From a virus: a stretch of 64,000 bases of DNA. Shown in pieces: positions 17,102 through 26,279 of this stretch (its first letter is position 1; every line of letters starts with the position of its first letter). A program made the position numbers and the translations under genes. The notes under the pieces are model-generated. The model was not told the DNA's origin. It did no database searches and saw nothing but the letters and a program-made list of their open reading frames with translations. The stretch covers positions 1,326 to 65,325 of the IMG/VR virus record IMGVR_UViG_3300020464_000002, one strand, 5' to 3'.

Positions 17102-20100
17102 ATGAAAACAGATCAAACGCCGTCAGGCACTAAAGCCAAGTTTAAAAACATTGCCGACCTACAAGCCGCGCTTGCCAAGTTGCAAGGCGCAACCAACACA
17201 AAAGACCGACTAGCCGCCACACAAGGCGTTGTCGATGTTTTGAAAAGAATTGGATCGCTGAGATCGATAACCATTCAAGAGGCCAAAAACGGCAAACTTG
17301 ATGACGATCATGACACGCCAGCACCAGCCGCCGAAAAAACGCCAACCAGTGATATTGTTGATCGTACTGGCATGGTTGAGCTGGCGGGAACCAGTAAGCG
17401 CCAAGCAGCCAATAATAAAGCGGTCGAACTTTTGGCCAAAATCAAGGCCGAGGGCTTAACCCGCGATGATCTATCATCTGAGCAGATCGAAACGCTGGCG
17501 GCCTATACTGGCAGCGGCGGCGGCCTGATCTCAAACAAGGGTAAACGCGGTAGCGCTTACGAGTATTACACCCCCAAAGCCGTTGCCTCAAAAATGTGGG
17601 AATTGGCCTCAGAAATGGGCTTTACTGGCGGCAAGGTACTAGATCCGAGCGCTGGTACTGGCGTTTTTGCGGCCACCAGCCCTGAAAGTGCCGTTATTGA
17701 CAGTATCGAGCTTGACGAAGTATCAGGCGGCATTGCCTCGATCTTAAACGATGGGGATCGCAGCAATACGGTTGTATCGTCTTTTGAGAAGCGCAACGAG
17801 CTGATCGCAGATGATAGTCTCGATATGGTAATGACAAACGTGCCTTTTGGCGACAATAAAACACGCGGCGAGCACAAAATGGACGATGACGCGTACCAAA
17901 ATGAGAGCTTAGAGACTTACTTTATCTTGCGTTCGCTTGAAAAGATTAAGCACGGCGGCCTTGCCGTATTTATCACGCCAACGTCTGTGATCTCAGGCAA
18001 AAAAGGCGACAAGGAACGCTTGCGCAAATTGACCAGCCTAAAAGCTGAGCTGCTGGGCGCGTACCGCTTACCAAACAAAGTATTTGAACAGACAGGCGCG
18101 GACGTAATGACGGATATCATTGTTTATCGCAAGCATAGCCGTGAAGCGACCGATCAAATCAACGCGCTGTATGAAGCTGGCGATATGGACACGTTGGCCA
18201 AAACCAAGGTCATGTGGGATGAATATATCAGCGGCGCTTATTTTAAAAACCCAATCCATAAAGCTAAATTCATGTTGGGTAACGAAGTGCAAGTACCAAG
18301 CCGTTTTAACCCCGAAGAAATGGTAACGGCGCTAAGCAACCCCAAACCAACGCCTGAGATCATGAAAGACATTAAAAAGTTTGGCGGTAGTCGTATTGAT
18401 TGGGAAGCACTGGGCGCAGCTGAGGCCGCTTATATCGAATACAACAACGGTGACGTGATATTCCAAAACGGCAAGCAATTAGAGTACCAAGACGGCCGCT
18501 GGCACGTTATGGCCGCCGAGCCGACCGACAGTGACCGTGAAATGCAGAAGGCACTTGCTAACATGGGCAGTGCGATCGAAATGGTTGTAGCTGGCATGAC
18601 GTTTGACATGATGGATCGTGTGAACAGCTACACCTTAACGACTGGCCAAGCCGATTTAATCCCGCGTGCTGCTAGATCTTTGTTTAATCGAACCCTCGTT
18701 GTCGCCCCTAAAATGCGTGCCGCCGCGTGGAATTGCGTTATCGCAGCACAAGCGATAAAAGACGTGATCGCCGAGCAAGATTATGGCTATGACTTCATGA
18801 CCAACGAGCCGGCCTTGACCAGCTTTATGAAAACCGCCTTTTTGGACGGCAAAAATACCAAGCTGACCAAAGAACCAAAGCAAGACTTTAATTTTGTCAA
18901 ACTCTACTACGATAATGGCAAGTATAACGCGGTATGGCGCGGCCAAATTGATACCGAGGTCGAAGTTAAGGACGAGGCGCGATCTTATACAAGCCTTATT
19001 GCACGTATGCAGTATGACAATAAGAGCCTATATTTAAGCCGTGAGCAGTTGGCCAAAGTTAACCCCGATACTGACCCATTAACCGATAATGAGTGGTTTA
19101 TCAATCATGACGGCAGCCAAGTTATCGCCGCTAGTGACTTTTTGACTGGCAGCTTATCGAATTGTTTGGCCAAGATTGACGAGCAGATCAAACAAGCGAC
19201 CGACAGCAAGATCATTGCCAAGCTAGAACAGCAAAAACTATTTGCGACTGAAAACGTAACACGTATCAACTTGCAAAGCGTGGACTTTGACTTGCGCAGC
19301 CCACTAATCAGCGCCGAGGACAAAGTACGCTTTTTAAAGCAGTCAGTGCACAAAGACGCGTATATCTCGTTTGATGAGTACGGCAAGGGCACGCCTGATA
19401 TTGACGTAAAAGGCGGCAATCTAAGGGATGAAGAAAAGCTGTATAACCGTATCGGTGACTGGTTGGCTAAGGGAACCGTGACCACTGGCGGCGTGACACT
19501 TAGCAGAATGACCGAGCGTGAAGCGCTGGACTGGATGAGCGAGCAAATTAACGTTGCTAACGTCAAATTTAGCAGCTGGGTTAAAGCCAACGACAAGCTA
19601 ATGGCCAGCCTTGAGCGCACCATAAACCATAACGACAACCTATTTTTTAGCCAAAACAGTGATGAATCACCAGTCGAAATCGCTGGCATGAACCCTCAAC
19701 TCAAGTTGCATGGCTATCAAAACGCGTTTGTGCGCAGCCAAGGCCGACATTTTGGCGGGATTAACGGCATGGGCGTTGGACTTGGTAAGACGTTTTCGTC
19801 ATTGTCCAGCACGCAACATGCGCATAATATTGGCGCTAAGAAAAAAACTATTTTTGTTGTGCCAAATAGCGTGCTGTCAAACTGGCGTAAAGAGGTCGAT
19901 TTTGCCTATACCAGCACTGATGACTGTTTGTTTGTTGGCTTGCGTGAAAAGGGCGACCAATTCCGCGTCTATTCCAACAAGTATGATGAAGATCTACTAA
20001 AAGCGGTCGATAGCAAGTACCGTAAGATTTTTATGACTTATGAAGCGTTTAAGCGTATTAGATTGAAAGATGAGACTATAGCGGACTATGCAAGGTACGT

Positions 20101-23100
20101 TAAACAAAACGATTCAGCCTACGCTAATAAAGACTTGCAAAAAGCCAATGAAAAAGCCAAGGGCATGATTGCTGAGTTAATCGATCGCCTATCGATGGAC
20201 ACCAACGCGCCATTTTTAGAAGACATGCGCGTTGATAGCGTGGTGATCGATGAAGCCCATGCGTTCAAAAACTCAATCAGTGCGCCCAATACAGACAACC
20301 GTATTAAGTACCTATCACAGCCCCAAGAGTCAGCACGCGGTGAGGACGCACAGGCTAAGTTATTTTACATACGCGGCCTGACCCCAGCCAATGACGGCGT
20401 GCAGCTGCTAACAGCAACACCTATCACCAACAGCCCCTTGGAGATCTACTCTATGCTATCGCTGGCTGGCGGTCGTGACACAGTAAATAAAATGTGTGGC
20501 GGTATTGTGGGTGCAGACGACTTTTTGGCCGTTATGTGCCAAATTGAAGAAGAAGTCGTACCAACGATTGACGGCAAGACGCGCTCACAAAACGTTTTTA
20601 CTGGCATTAGAAACGCGCAGATCTTGAAAAAAGCGGTACGAGCCAATGCCGTGATCAAGGACGCGCAAGACGTTGGCATGTCGGTTGTTATTCCCGAACG
20701 TGAAGAATTGGCAACCTCGGTCAATTTAGGCAAAGAGATTGACGGCCAGTTAAGAGAATTACAAGATGCGTATGTGGTAGCGCGTCAGATCGAGGCTGAA
20801 AAGCTGGACAATGAATTAAAAGACCCAACCCATCCACAAAGCCCATACAATCCAAAAAGCCCTTATAGCATTGTTGCTGGCAAGTACGGTGAAACCAACG
20901 ATCTAATAGCACACCCATTCAACCTGATCCGTAAGATGGACGTAATGATTGCCGATGCTGAGTTTAGCGAGGGTGTGACGTTTTATGACTTTGACGAAAA
21001 CCAACAGGCGATCGCTGAAAAGGTAGTGAACCAATTTAGCAACGGTAGAAAAAAACACACTGATGAACGTTCGCGCCCTAGCGCATACACTGCTGAGGAA
21101 GACGCTAAACCGATCTATAAGAAAGAAGACGGCGAACAGGTGCTAAAGGGTTATAAAATCGCTTGCAAGGCTAGAATTGTTATCCACAAAGGCCGTTCAC
21201 GTATTATGATTGACACAATCGAGAGCAAGTTTCAATCCAGTTTTGAGGCTATGGCCGATAAAGCCAAGCTAAATCTTGATGTTGCCGTGTCTGCTAAAGT
21301 TGCGGCCTTGCTTGAAAACTTTAAAAACGAACAGGCCAACCCGCGTGGGATCAGTAACGACAATACAACCAGCAAGATCGTTAAGCAGATCATCTTCTGT
21401 GATCACTTATTTTTGCATAACAAGATCAAGCGTGTTTTAATCAAACGCGCTGGCGTGCCAGCTAACAAGATCGTCATCATTACAGGACAGACAAATAACG
21501 ATCCTGACAAAATGATCGATATTCAAGACGGTTTTAACGCGTTTGGTGCAGATAATCAGTATCAAGTGGTTATTGCTAACAAGAAAGCTGAGGTCGGTAT
21601 CAACTTGCAACGTGGTACGCAAGCAATCCATCATTTAACGACTGGCTGGACACCCGACAGCTTAGAGCAGCGCAACGGACGCGGCGCACGCCAAGGCAAC
21701 AAGACAGAGAGGGTTAAGATTTTTCATTATGACGCGGACGGCACGTTTGATGAGTTTAAACGCACCATGATCGACAAAAAGGATGAGTGGATCACCAGCG
21801 TGTTATCAGATGAAGACACGAACACGATTGAGGTATCAGGCAGTATCACCCGCGCTGAGCAAGACGCGCTTATTCGTTTGGGTGGTGATCGTGAGGCCAT
21901 GCGTGCGTATCAAGCCGAGCGTGACGCACAAGAGGCGCAAGCGCGTAAGGAAGCCGCTATCAAGCGTCATAAAGTCAATATGCAAGTCGTTGATGAGCAA
22001 ACCAAGATTGTTAAAAAGCTCAAGATAGATGATTTTTATGAGAACGCTGTAAAAGAAGTCGTTAACCTCATTAAAGATAATAACGTTGTCTATAAGAAAA
22101 TACACGCTAACAAAAGCAGCGCCAGCACCAAAGCAAACAGCACCAAGCGTTACAATGCCACCAAGTCGGTTATCCTCGATAAGATCGAAGAAATTTTTGA
22201 TAACGTGAAATCACAGGCGGTAAATAGTAATTGGGTAGCAATAGAGAGTATCAGTCCTTATCGCGCCACTATTAGCGCTGAGGATGCCTATGATATCGTG
22301 CAAAACAACTTAGGTCGCGGCGAAAATTTTGCTAATGATAATAGTGGATCATGGGCGGTGCATTTTGCTCGTAAGATTTTAACCCATGGCGCTAATTTTG
22401 ATAGATCCAAAACTATTATCAACAGCGATGGTATTTATCAAGCCACGTATGATGAGATCAACACAACGGCTAGAAACCTCATTAAGCAAGCGCTACTAGC
22501 AGCAAATGAGTTGGCCGATCGTGCTGGCTTGGCTGGCATGACGATACCTGACGATGCAGGTAATTTAATTGCTGACGGTAAAGCGGTTATTCATGATGGT
22601 TTTTTCTTTATGGCTGGCTCGATTGCAATTAGCGATCAGTGGTCGCCAGTTAGAAAAGAGGACTTTTTATTTGCAATTAACGATAAATTGAGAGGCCACG
22701 CACTAACAAGCCGCGTAGATACAAGGGGCGTAACCGTTTATCAAAGCCCCGAAAGCTCACCTCAAGGCATAAAAGCAAAAGCAGTTATTCATCCAAACAC
22801 GCCTGAATACCTAGAATACGTTAAGGCTATGGCTAAGATTGAAGATGAGCACTACGGCGCAGGGCAGTTAAGCGAAGCCGTTTACAGTAATATCATTCCT
22901 CAAGTTGCCGAATATAGAGATAATAGTATTCAACCGTTGTGGCATTTAAGCCCTAATTTAGCTGGCCGTCAGGTTGGCTTATCAAATTGCGACTTCTTGG
23001 TGATGTTGCCTTATGAGGTTTTGGCCGCTGGCACGCCGTTTGCGAATAAAATGCTAAGCGACTATAGCGCCGCTGGCATTAGTATTGATCTTGATAGCAA

Positions 23101-23788
23101 AACTTATCAAGCGACTAACGACAAAGTGCAAATTAACGCCGATCAATACGATACGCAAATGATCCACGATCTTTATTACAGTTATGTTGGTTTAATGATT
23201 AAGCATAGCGGCGTTAAGTTAACCGCTGACGATAAAGCGCTAATGGGGCAACCTCAGATTATAGCTGAGCTATTAAAGGAACCAGCTGATCAGTTGATAA
23301 CCGCGCTTAGAGCCGCCGCCGACAGCATTACCGAGCGCCAAAGCAATCGAGTGTTAGAAGATATGGTCGTTAAATTGTTTGATGATCTTATTTATAGCGA
23401 TGAATATATGAGCGATGAGCCAACAGCCGATATGAAGATTTATACGCTAGAATATGTTTATGACGAACACTTAAACCGTCAAAATGTTTTAGATGCCGTG
23501 GACTTCTTACGGACTGAGAGCAGCAAAAACATTGCTGAGGCTAAAGTTAAGGCGATGGGCTTAGAGGCAAGCGCCGCTGGTATAAAAGACAGCGACACGG
23601 TTTACGTTAGCGGTGATACCCAAACGTACTATAAAACTATCAAGGCATACGGCAATAAAAACGGTGAGAAAGCAAGATATCAAGGCAATAAATACCAGTC
23701 GTGGGCGATGAGTTTTAGAGCCTACAAAGAAATGATAACCGCTAGACCTGAATTGGCTAATCTTTTACCTATGAGCAAAACACGATAA
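17102..23788 (+). CDS. DarB-like N6-adenine DNA methyltransferase + SNF2/DEAH helicase polyvalent protein
   Basis: MTase motifs LDPSAGTGVF and NVPFG. Helicase motifs GVGLGKT, VIDEAHAFKN, LLTATPITNS and QRNGRGARQG. The ATG at 17102 is chosen because the predicted TSS falls near the listed 17072 start. Confidence 0.85.
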   Translation: MKTDQTPSGTKAKFKNIADLQAALAKLQGATNTKDRLAATQGVVDVLKRIGSLRSITIQEAKNGKLDDDHDTPAPAAEKTPTSDIVDRTGMVELAGTSKRQAANNKAVELLAKIKAEGLTRDDLSSEQIETLAAYTGSGGGLISNKGKRGSAYEYYTPKAVASKMWELASEMGFTGGKVLDPSAGTGVFAATSPESAVIDSIELDEVSGGIASILNDGDRSNTVVSSFEKRNELIADDSLDMVMTNVPFGDNKTRGEHKMDDDAYQNESLETYFILRSLEKIKHGGLAVFITPTSVISGKKGDKERLRKLTSLKAELLGAYRLPNKVFEQTGADVMTDIIVYRKHSREATDQINALYEAGDMDTLAKTKVMWDEYISGAYFKNPIHKAKFMLGNEVQVPSRFNPEEMVTALSNPKPTPEIMKDIKKFGGSRIDWEALGAAEAAYIEYNNGDVIFQNGKQLEYQDGRWHVMAAEPTDSDREMQKALANMGSAIEMVVAGMTFDMMDRVNSYTLTTGQADLIPRAARSLFNRTLVVAPKMRAAAWNCVIAAQAIKDVIAEQDYGYDFMTNEPALTSFMKTAFLDGKNTKLTKEPKQDFNFVKLYYDNGKYNAVWRGQIDTEVEVKDEARSYTSLIARMQYDNKSLYLSREQLAKVNPDTDPLTDNEWFINHDGSQVIAASDFLTGSLSNCLAKIDEQIKQATDSKIIAKLEQQKLFATENVTRINLQSVDFDLRSPLISAEDKVRFLKQSVHKDAYISFDEYGKGTPDIDVKGGNLRDEEKLYNRIGDWLAKGTVTTGGVTLSRMTEREALDWMSEQINVANVKFSSWVKANDKLMASLERTINHNDNLFFSQNSDESPVEIAGMNPQLKLHGYQNAFVRSQGRHFGGINGMGVGLGKTFSSLSSTQHAHNIGAKKKTIFVVPNSVLSNWRKEVDFAYTSTDDCLFVGLREKGDQFRVYSNKYDEDLLKAVDSKYRKIFMTYEAFKRIRLKDETIADYARYVKQNDSAYANKDLQKANEKAKGMIAELIDRLSMDTNAPFLEDMRVDSVVIDEAHAFKNSISAPNTDNRIKYLSQPQESARGEDAQAKLFYIRGLTPANDGVQLLTATPITNSPLEIYSMLSLAGGRDTVNKMCGGIVGADDFLAVMCQIEEEVVPTIDGKTRSQNVFTGIRNAQILKKAVRANAVIKDAQDVGMSVVIPEREELATSVNLGKEIDGQLRELQDAYVVARQIEAEKLDNELKDPTHPQSPYNPKSPYSIVAGKYGETNDLIAHPFNLIRKMDVMIADAEFSEGVTFYDFDENQQAIAEKVVNQFSNGRKKHTDERSRPSAYTAEEDAKPIYKKEDGEQVLKGYKIACKARIVIHKGRSRIMIDTIESKFQSSFEAMADKAKLNLDVAVSAKVAALLENFKNEQANPRGISNDNTTSKIVKQIIFCDHLFLHNKIKRVLIKRAGVPANKIVIITGQTNNDPDKMIDIQDGFNAFGADNQYQVVIANKKAEVGINLQRGTQAIHHLTTGWTPDSLEQRNGRGARQGNKTERVKIFHYDADGTFDEFKRTMIDKKDEWITSVLSDEDTNTIEVSGSITRAEQDALIRLGGDREAMRAYQAERDAQEAQARKEAAIKRHKVNMQVVDEQTKIVKKLKIDDFYENAVKEVVNLIKDNNVVYKKIHANKSSASTKANSTKRYNATKSVILDKIEEIFDNVKSQAVNSNWVAIESISPYRATISAEDAYDIVQNNLGRGENFANDNSGSWAVHFARKILTHGANFDRSKTIINSDGIYQATYDEINTTARNLIKQALLAANELADRAGLAGMTIPDDAGNLIADGKAVIHDGFFFMAGSIAISDQWSPVRKEDFLFAINDKLRGHALTSRVDTRGVTVYQSPESSPQGIKAKAVIHPNTPEYLEYVKAMAKIEDEHYGAGQLSEAVYSNIIPQVAEYRDNSIQPLWHLSPNLAGRQVGLSNCDFLVMLPYEVLAAGTPFANKMLSDYSAAGISIDLDSKTYQATNDKVQINADQYDTQMIHDLYYSYVGLMIKHSGVKLTADDKALMGQPQIIAELLKEPADQLITALRAAADSITERQSNRVLEDMVVKLFDDLIYSDEYMSDEPTADMKIYTLEYVYDEHLNRQNVLDAVDFLRTESSKNIAEAKVKAMGLEASAAGIKDSDTVYVSGDTQTYYKTIKAYGNKNGEKARYQGNKYQSWAMSFRAYKEMITARPELANLLPMSKTR

Positions 23789-23797
23789 GGAATATTT

Positions 23798-24226
23798 ATG
23801 AATTATTTATATGATCCTGATTTTCTATCGAGAAAAACAGCGGCCACCAAAAGATCACTAGCAGAAAACCAGCCAAATGCAGACTTCGTTGAGTTTGCCG
23901 CTGGCGTGATCTATGATCGCCTTAAAAAGAACATACAGCGCTATAGAGTGTATGGGATGTACTGGTGGGCATTAAAGGACGTTCTAGCGCGTCAGGGCTA
24001 CGATATGGGCGCAGAAACCGATGATGATATGGCTGCCTTGTATAAGGGCGCTGACGATGCTGAAACATTAGTCGCAGCCGATCTGTTTTATCTTGATATG
24101 AGTAGTCAAAAGCCGGTTGATAATAATCGCTGGACGATCGACAACCGCCGCGATGATTATGTTTTGTATGATGCAGACATGGAAGAACGCAACAGAATTA
24201 CCGACAGCTCATTTTTAGTAAAATAA
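23798..24226 (+). CDS. hypothetical protein
   Basis: AGGA SD 6 nt upstream. Last gene of the late unit before attP. Confidence 0.6.
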   Translation: MNYLYDPDFLSRKTAATKRSLAENQPNADFVEFAAGVIYDRLKKNIQRYRVYGMYWWALKDVLARQGYDMGAETDDDMAALYKGADDAETLVAADLFYLDMSSQKPVDNNRWTIDNRRDDYVLYDADMEERNRITDSSFLVK

Positions 24227-24250
24227 GTTGCATAGTCATTTTGGTAGTTT

Positions 24251-24278
24251 TTGCGTAGCGCGAAAAAGGCGCTATAAT
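24251..24278 (+). promoter_or_regulatory. sigma70-type promoter
   Basis: TTGCGT (24251-24256), 16-nt spacer, TATAAT (24273-24278). Confidence 0.6.
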
Positions 24279-24284
24279 AAATTC

Positions 24285-24369
24285 ATAACGTAGGTTGCGT
24301 TATACTCACTCCATAGTATCTATTGTTATTTTACAGTAAGCAAAAGCCCATCCCAGTGATGGGCTTTTT
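24285..24369 (+). ncRNA. candidate small RNA / structured leader
   Basis: About 85 nt between the promoter and a terminator (GCCCATC / GATGGGC, T5 at 24365-24369). No ATG-initiated ORF. 5' hairpin ATAACG / CGTTAT. Confidence 0.3.
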
Positions 24370-24379
24370 GCTGTCTAAT

Positions 24380-24409
24380 GAACGCAAATTAACGCAAATG
24401 AACGCAAGG
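24380..24409 (+). repeat. three tandem 10-bp repeats (G/T)AACGCAA(A/G)(T/G)
   Basis: GAACGCAAAT, TAACGCAAAT, GAACGCAAGG, immediately before the SD of 24417. Confidence 0.8.
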
Positions 24410-24416
24410 ACAGATT

Positions 24417-24833
24417 ATGAGTAGTGAAACGATATTAGATCAAGTTAGAGAAATGGTCATAAAAGTAACGGCAGCAAAAAAGATTGATGACGAGTATGAA
24501 GCATACAGGATGCAAGATCAGGGCGATAGTTGGGATCAAGTACGCGAGCAGTTAAGGGCTGGCTATGAAGTATCGCACCTTGTAATGAGCCACGATATTT
24601 ATCAAAAAATATCTCAGGAATCGCTAGACAGGGCACTTAGAAACGAACCTAACCCGCATTTCTTTTGGGGCTTGGCAGTCGAAGTTGATACCAGTCTGCC
24701 TGATAGCACTTTTGGCGTAGTGCTCAAAAAAAGCGACATAGTAGAGCCTCGCAAACGGAATATGGTACAACACATGATTAACACACATACAGCACACAGA
24801 ACCATAAGTATGATTGATATGCCTTATATTTAA
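24417..24833 (+). CDS. hypothetical protein, att-proximal (moron-like position)
   Basis: AAGGA SD. It lies downstream of the sigma70 promoter at 24251 and has a terminator at 24933-24965. Lies between the late genes and the attP core. Confidence 0.6.
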   Translation: MSSETILDQVREMVIKVTAAKKIDDEYEAYRMQDQGDSWDQVREQLRAGYEVSHLVMSHDIYQKISQESLDRALRNEPNPHFFWGLAVEVDTSLPDSTFGVVLKKSDIVEPRKRNMVQHMINTHTAHRTISMIDMPYI

Positions 24834-24854
24834 AGGCTTTGAGGGCAACTATAA

Positions 24855-24874
24855 GACTCCCGCCATCTCCACCA
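24855..24874 (+). other. attP core candidate: mimic of tmRNA (ssrA) 3' end
   Basis: GACTCCCGCCATCTCCACCA versus the E. coli ssrA 3' end recalled as ..CAACTCCCGCCAGCTCCACCA. It has T-stem, acceptor strand, discriminator A and CCA, and lies 200 nt upstream of a P4-type int. Confidence 0.6.
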
Positions 24875-24880
24875 CTTATA

Positions 24881-24920
24881 AACAAGCAACAATAAACATC
24901 AACGAACATCAACGAACATT
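24881..24920 (+). repeat. phased 10-bp repeats AAC(G/A)A(A/G)CA(T/A)(C/T), 4 copies
   Basis: aacaagcaac, aataaacatc, aacgaacatc, aacgaacatt. Candidate integrase arm-type or bending sites. Confidence 0.6.
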
Positions 24921-24932
24921 ATTTACCCTAAA

Positions 24933-24965
24933 CCCCTTACAGCTTATGGCTTTAAGGGGTTTTTT
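24933..24965 (+). terminator. intrinsic terminator (would terminate ssrA after integration)
   Basis: CCCCTTA / TAAGGGG stem, 13-nt loop, T6. Confidence 0.6.
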
Positions 24966-24980
24966 AATGCCTAAAACAGA

Positions 24981-25030
24981 CATTAACGAACACTAACGAA
25001 CATTGACAAGCATCAACAAACATCGTAATA
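24981..25030 (+). repeat. phased 10-bp repeats CA(T/C)(T/C)(A/G)AC(G/A)A(A/G), 5 copies
   Basis: cattaacgaa, cactaacgaa, cattgacaag, catcaacaaa, catcgtaata. Same family as 24881-24920. Confidence 0.55.
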
Positions 25031-25074
25031 ATGCACACAGAACACACACGGCCTTACACACAGGAATTGCAACT

Positions 25075-26238
25075 ATGATCACTAAAGACAGTCAGGTTAA
25101 GTCTTTAAAACCTAAAGAAAAAAGGTACACTAATGCCGCTGGTGACGGCTTGTTCCTTGATGTTATGCCAACTGGTAAGAAATCATGGACGGTGGCGTAC
25201 AGCAAGAACGGTAAACGCACACGAACCAAGATAGGTACTTATCCAGTATTGTCATTAAAGGATGCACGCGTATTAGCTCAGGATCTACAACGTCAAGCAT
25301 TGTTAGGTTATAGCGATATACTGATGAAAGATCTTGTTAAGGAATGGTTATCAGTTTATAGCCCTAACTGGACGAGTAAAAAATATGAAAAAAATGTAAT
25401 TCATCGACTAGAATTGGTCACAGAGCGCATAGCTGACGTGAAAGCAAACGAGGTGACACGCTCGATGATCTCGGATGAGATAGGGCTAATTGTAGGCAGG
25501 GGTACGATAGAAACGGCCAATCGTTGCTTGCGGCTTATTAAAACCGTCTTTGATTATGCCGTAGCTAAAGAGTATGTTGAGACCAACCCATGCACATTGG
25601 TTAGCAAGATGATACCCGCTAGAAAGGTCGTTAATATGGCCTCATTGCCGATCAGCGAAATGCCTAAATTTTGGACAGCGCTTAACTATATGGACATGGC
25701 TTATGAAACTAAGCAAGCAATAGCGCTTTATAATTATCTTGCTTGCCGACCAAGTGAGCTGGTAAAGGCGCGATGGGATACTGGTGAGTTTGACTTAGAT
25801 AAGGGTGTTTGGATTATCCCAAAACACCGTATGAAAATGCGGCTTGAGCACATGATACCGCTAACCGAAAAACCATTACAGATACTCAGAGATCTATACG
25901 ATCGCCGCATTGATGATGAGTTTGTTTTTAAGAAAAAAAATAAGCCTTGGGAACACATGCCAACAGAAACGCCGCTGGCAGCGGTAAAGCGAGCTGCTGG
26001 TAATGGTAAGATGACAACACATGGTTTTAGATCGCTACTATCAACCAATGCGAACGAGGCCAAACTAGCGGACGGCACGCGCATGTTTCATGAAGACATT
26101 ATTGAGCGTCATTTAGCACACGTACCGCATAATAAAGGCCGCGCCGCTTATAATCGCGCTAAATACTGGAATGACAGGGTAAGGTTGATGGAATGGTGGG
26201 CGGCGATTGTTACGCCATGGATTGAACCTGAATCTTGA
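25075..26238 (+). CDS. int: tyrosine integrase, P4-type
   Basis: N-terminal KSLKPKEKRYTNAAGDGLFLDVMPTGKKSW (P4-int arm-binding domain pattern); CRPSEL, HGFRS, HLAHV..AAYNRAKY catalytic blocks. The ATG at 25075 with an AGGA SD is preferred to the listed 25003. Confidence 0.9.
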   Translation: MITKDSQVKSLKPKEKRYTNAAGDGLFLDVMPTGKKSWTVAYSKNGKRTRTKIGTYPVLSLKDARVLAQDLQRQALLGYSDILMKDLVKEWLSVYSPNWTSKKYEKNVIHRLELVTERIADVKANEVTRSMISDEIGLIVGRGTIETANRCLRLIKTVFDYAVAKEYVETNPCTLVSKMIPARKVVNMASLPISEMPKFWTALNYMDMAYETKQAIALYNYLACRPSELVKARWDTGEFDLDKGVWIIPKHRMKMRLEHMIPLTEKPLQILRDLYDRRIDDEFVFKKKNKPWEHMPTETPLAAVKRAAGNGKMTTHGFRSLLSTNANEAKLADGTRMFHEDIIERHLAHVPHNKGRAAYNRAKYWNDRVRLMEWWAAIVTPWIEPES

Positions 26239-26240
26239 TC

Positions 26241-26275
26241 AAAAAAAATAGGGTATGCACTGCATACCCCTATTT
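26241..26275. terminator. bidirectional terminator between convergent int and xis-like genes
   Basis: A8, then GGGTATGCA / TGCATACCC palindrome, then TATTT. Strong in the minus direction. Confidence 0.65.
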
Positions 26276-26279
26276 GGTG

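Noticed and set aside
19105-19689. Long antisense ORFs inside large + strand genes (for example 19105..19689, 7400..7837, 17566..17877, 33492..33956, 33734..34192, 35422..35781, 41094..41489, 59764..60114, 25734..26084).
   Set aside because: They are fully embedded in well-supported genes on the other strand. They have no SD or promoter context, and their compositionally skewed (S/L/R-rich) products are typical of antisense frames.
24855-24874. Possibility of a complete tRNA or tmRNA gene at the att region, or tRNA genes elsewhere.
   Set aside because: Only the 3' 20 nt are tRNA-like. Upstream sequence (..ctataa) does not give a T-loop (TTCRA) or a cloverleaf. No other intergenic region shows tRNA-like ends. 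No CRISPR array is visible either.
24814-24996. Listed ORFs lying over regulatory DNA: 24814..24996 (attP core and repeats), 26235..26450 (antisense to xis), 12949..13176, 16866..17084, 49164..49430, 28154..28384.
   Set aside because: They cover terminators, repeats or promoters, or overlap better-supported genes. They have no ribosome-binding sites.
25950-25956. Additional GGAACAC occurrences: 25950-25956 inside int (+ strand) and 29306-29312 (minus strand, inside recT).
   Set aside because: There is no -10-like hexamer at offset 33/34. Both are intragenic and no start codon follows. They are consistent with the roughly 4 chance hits expected per strand.
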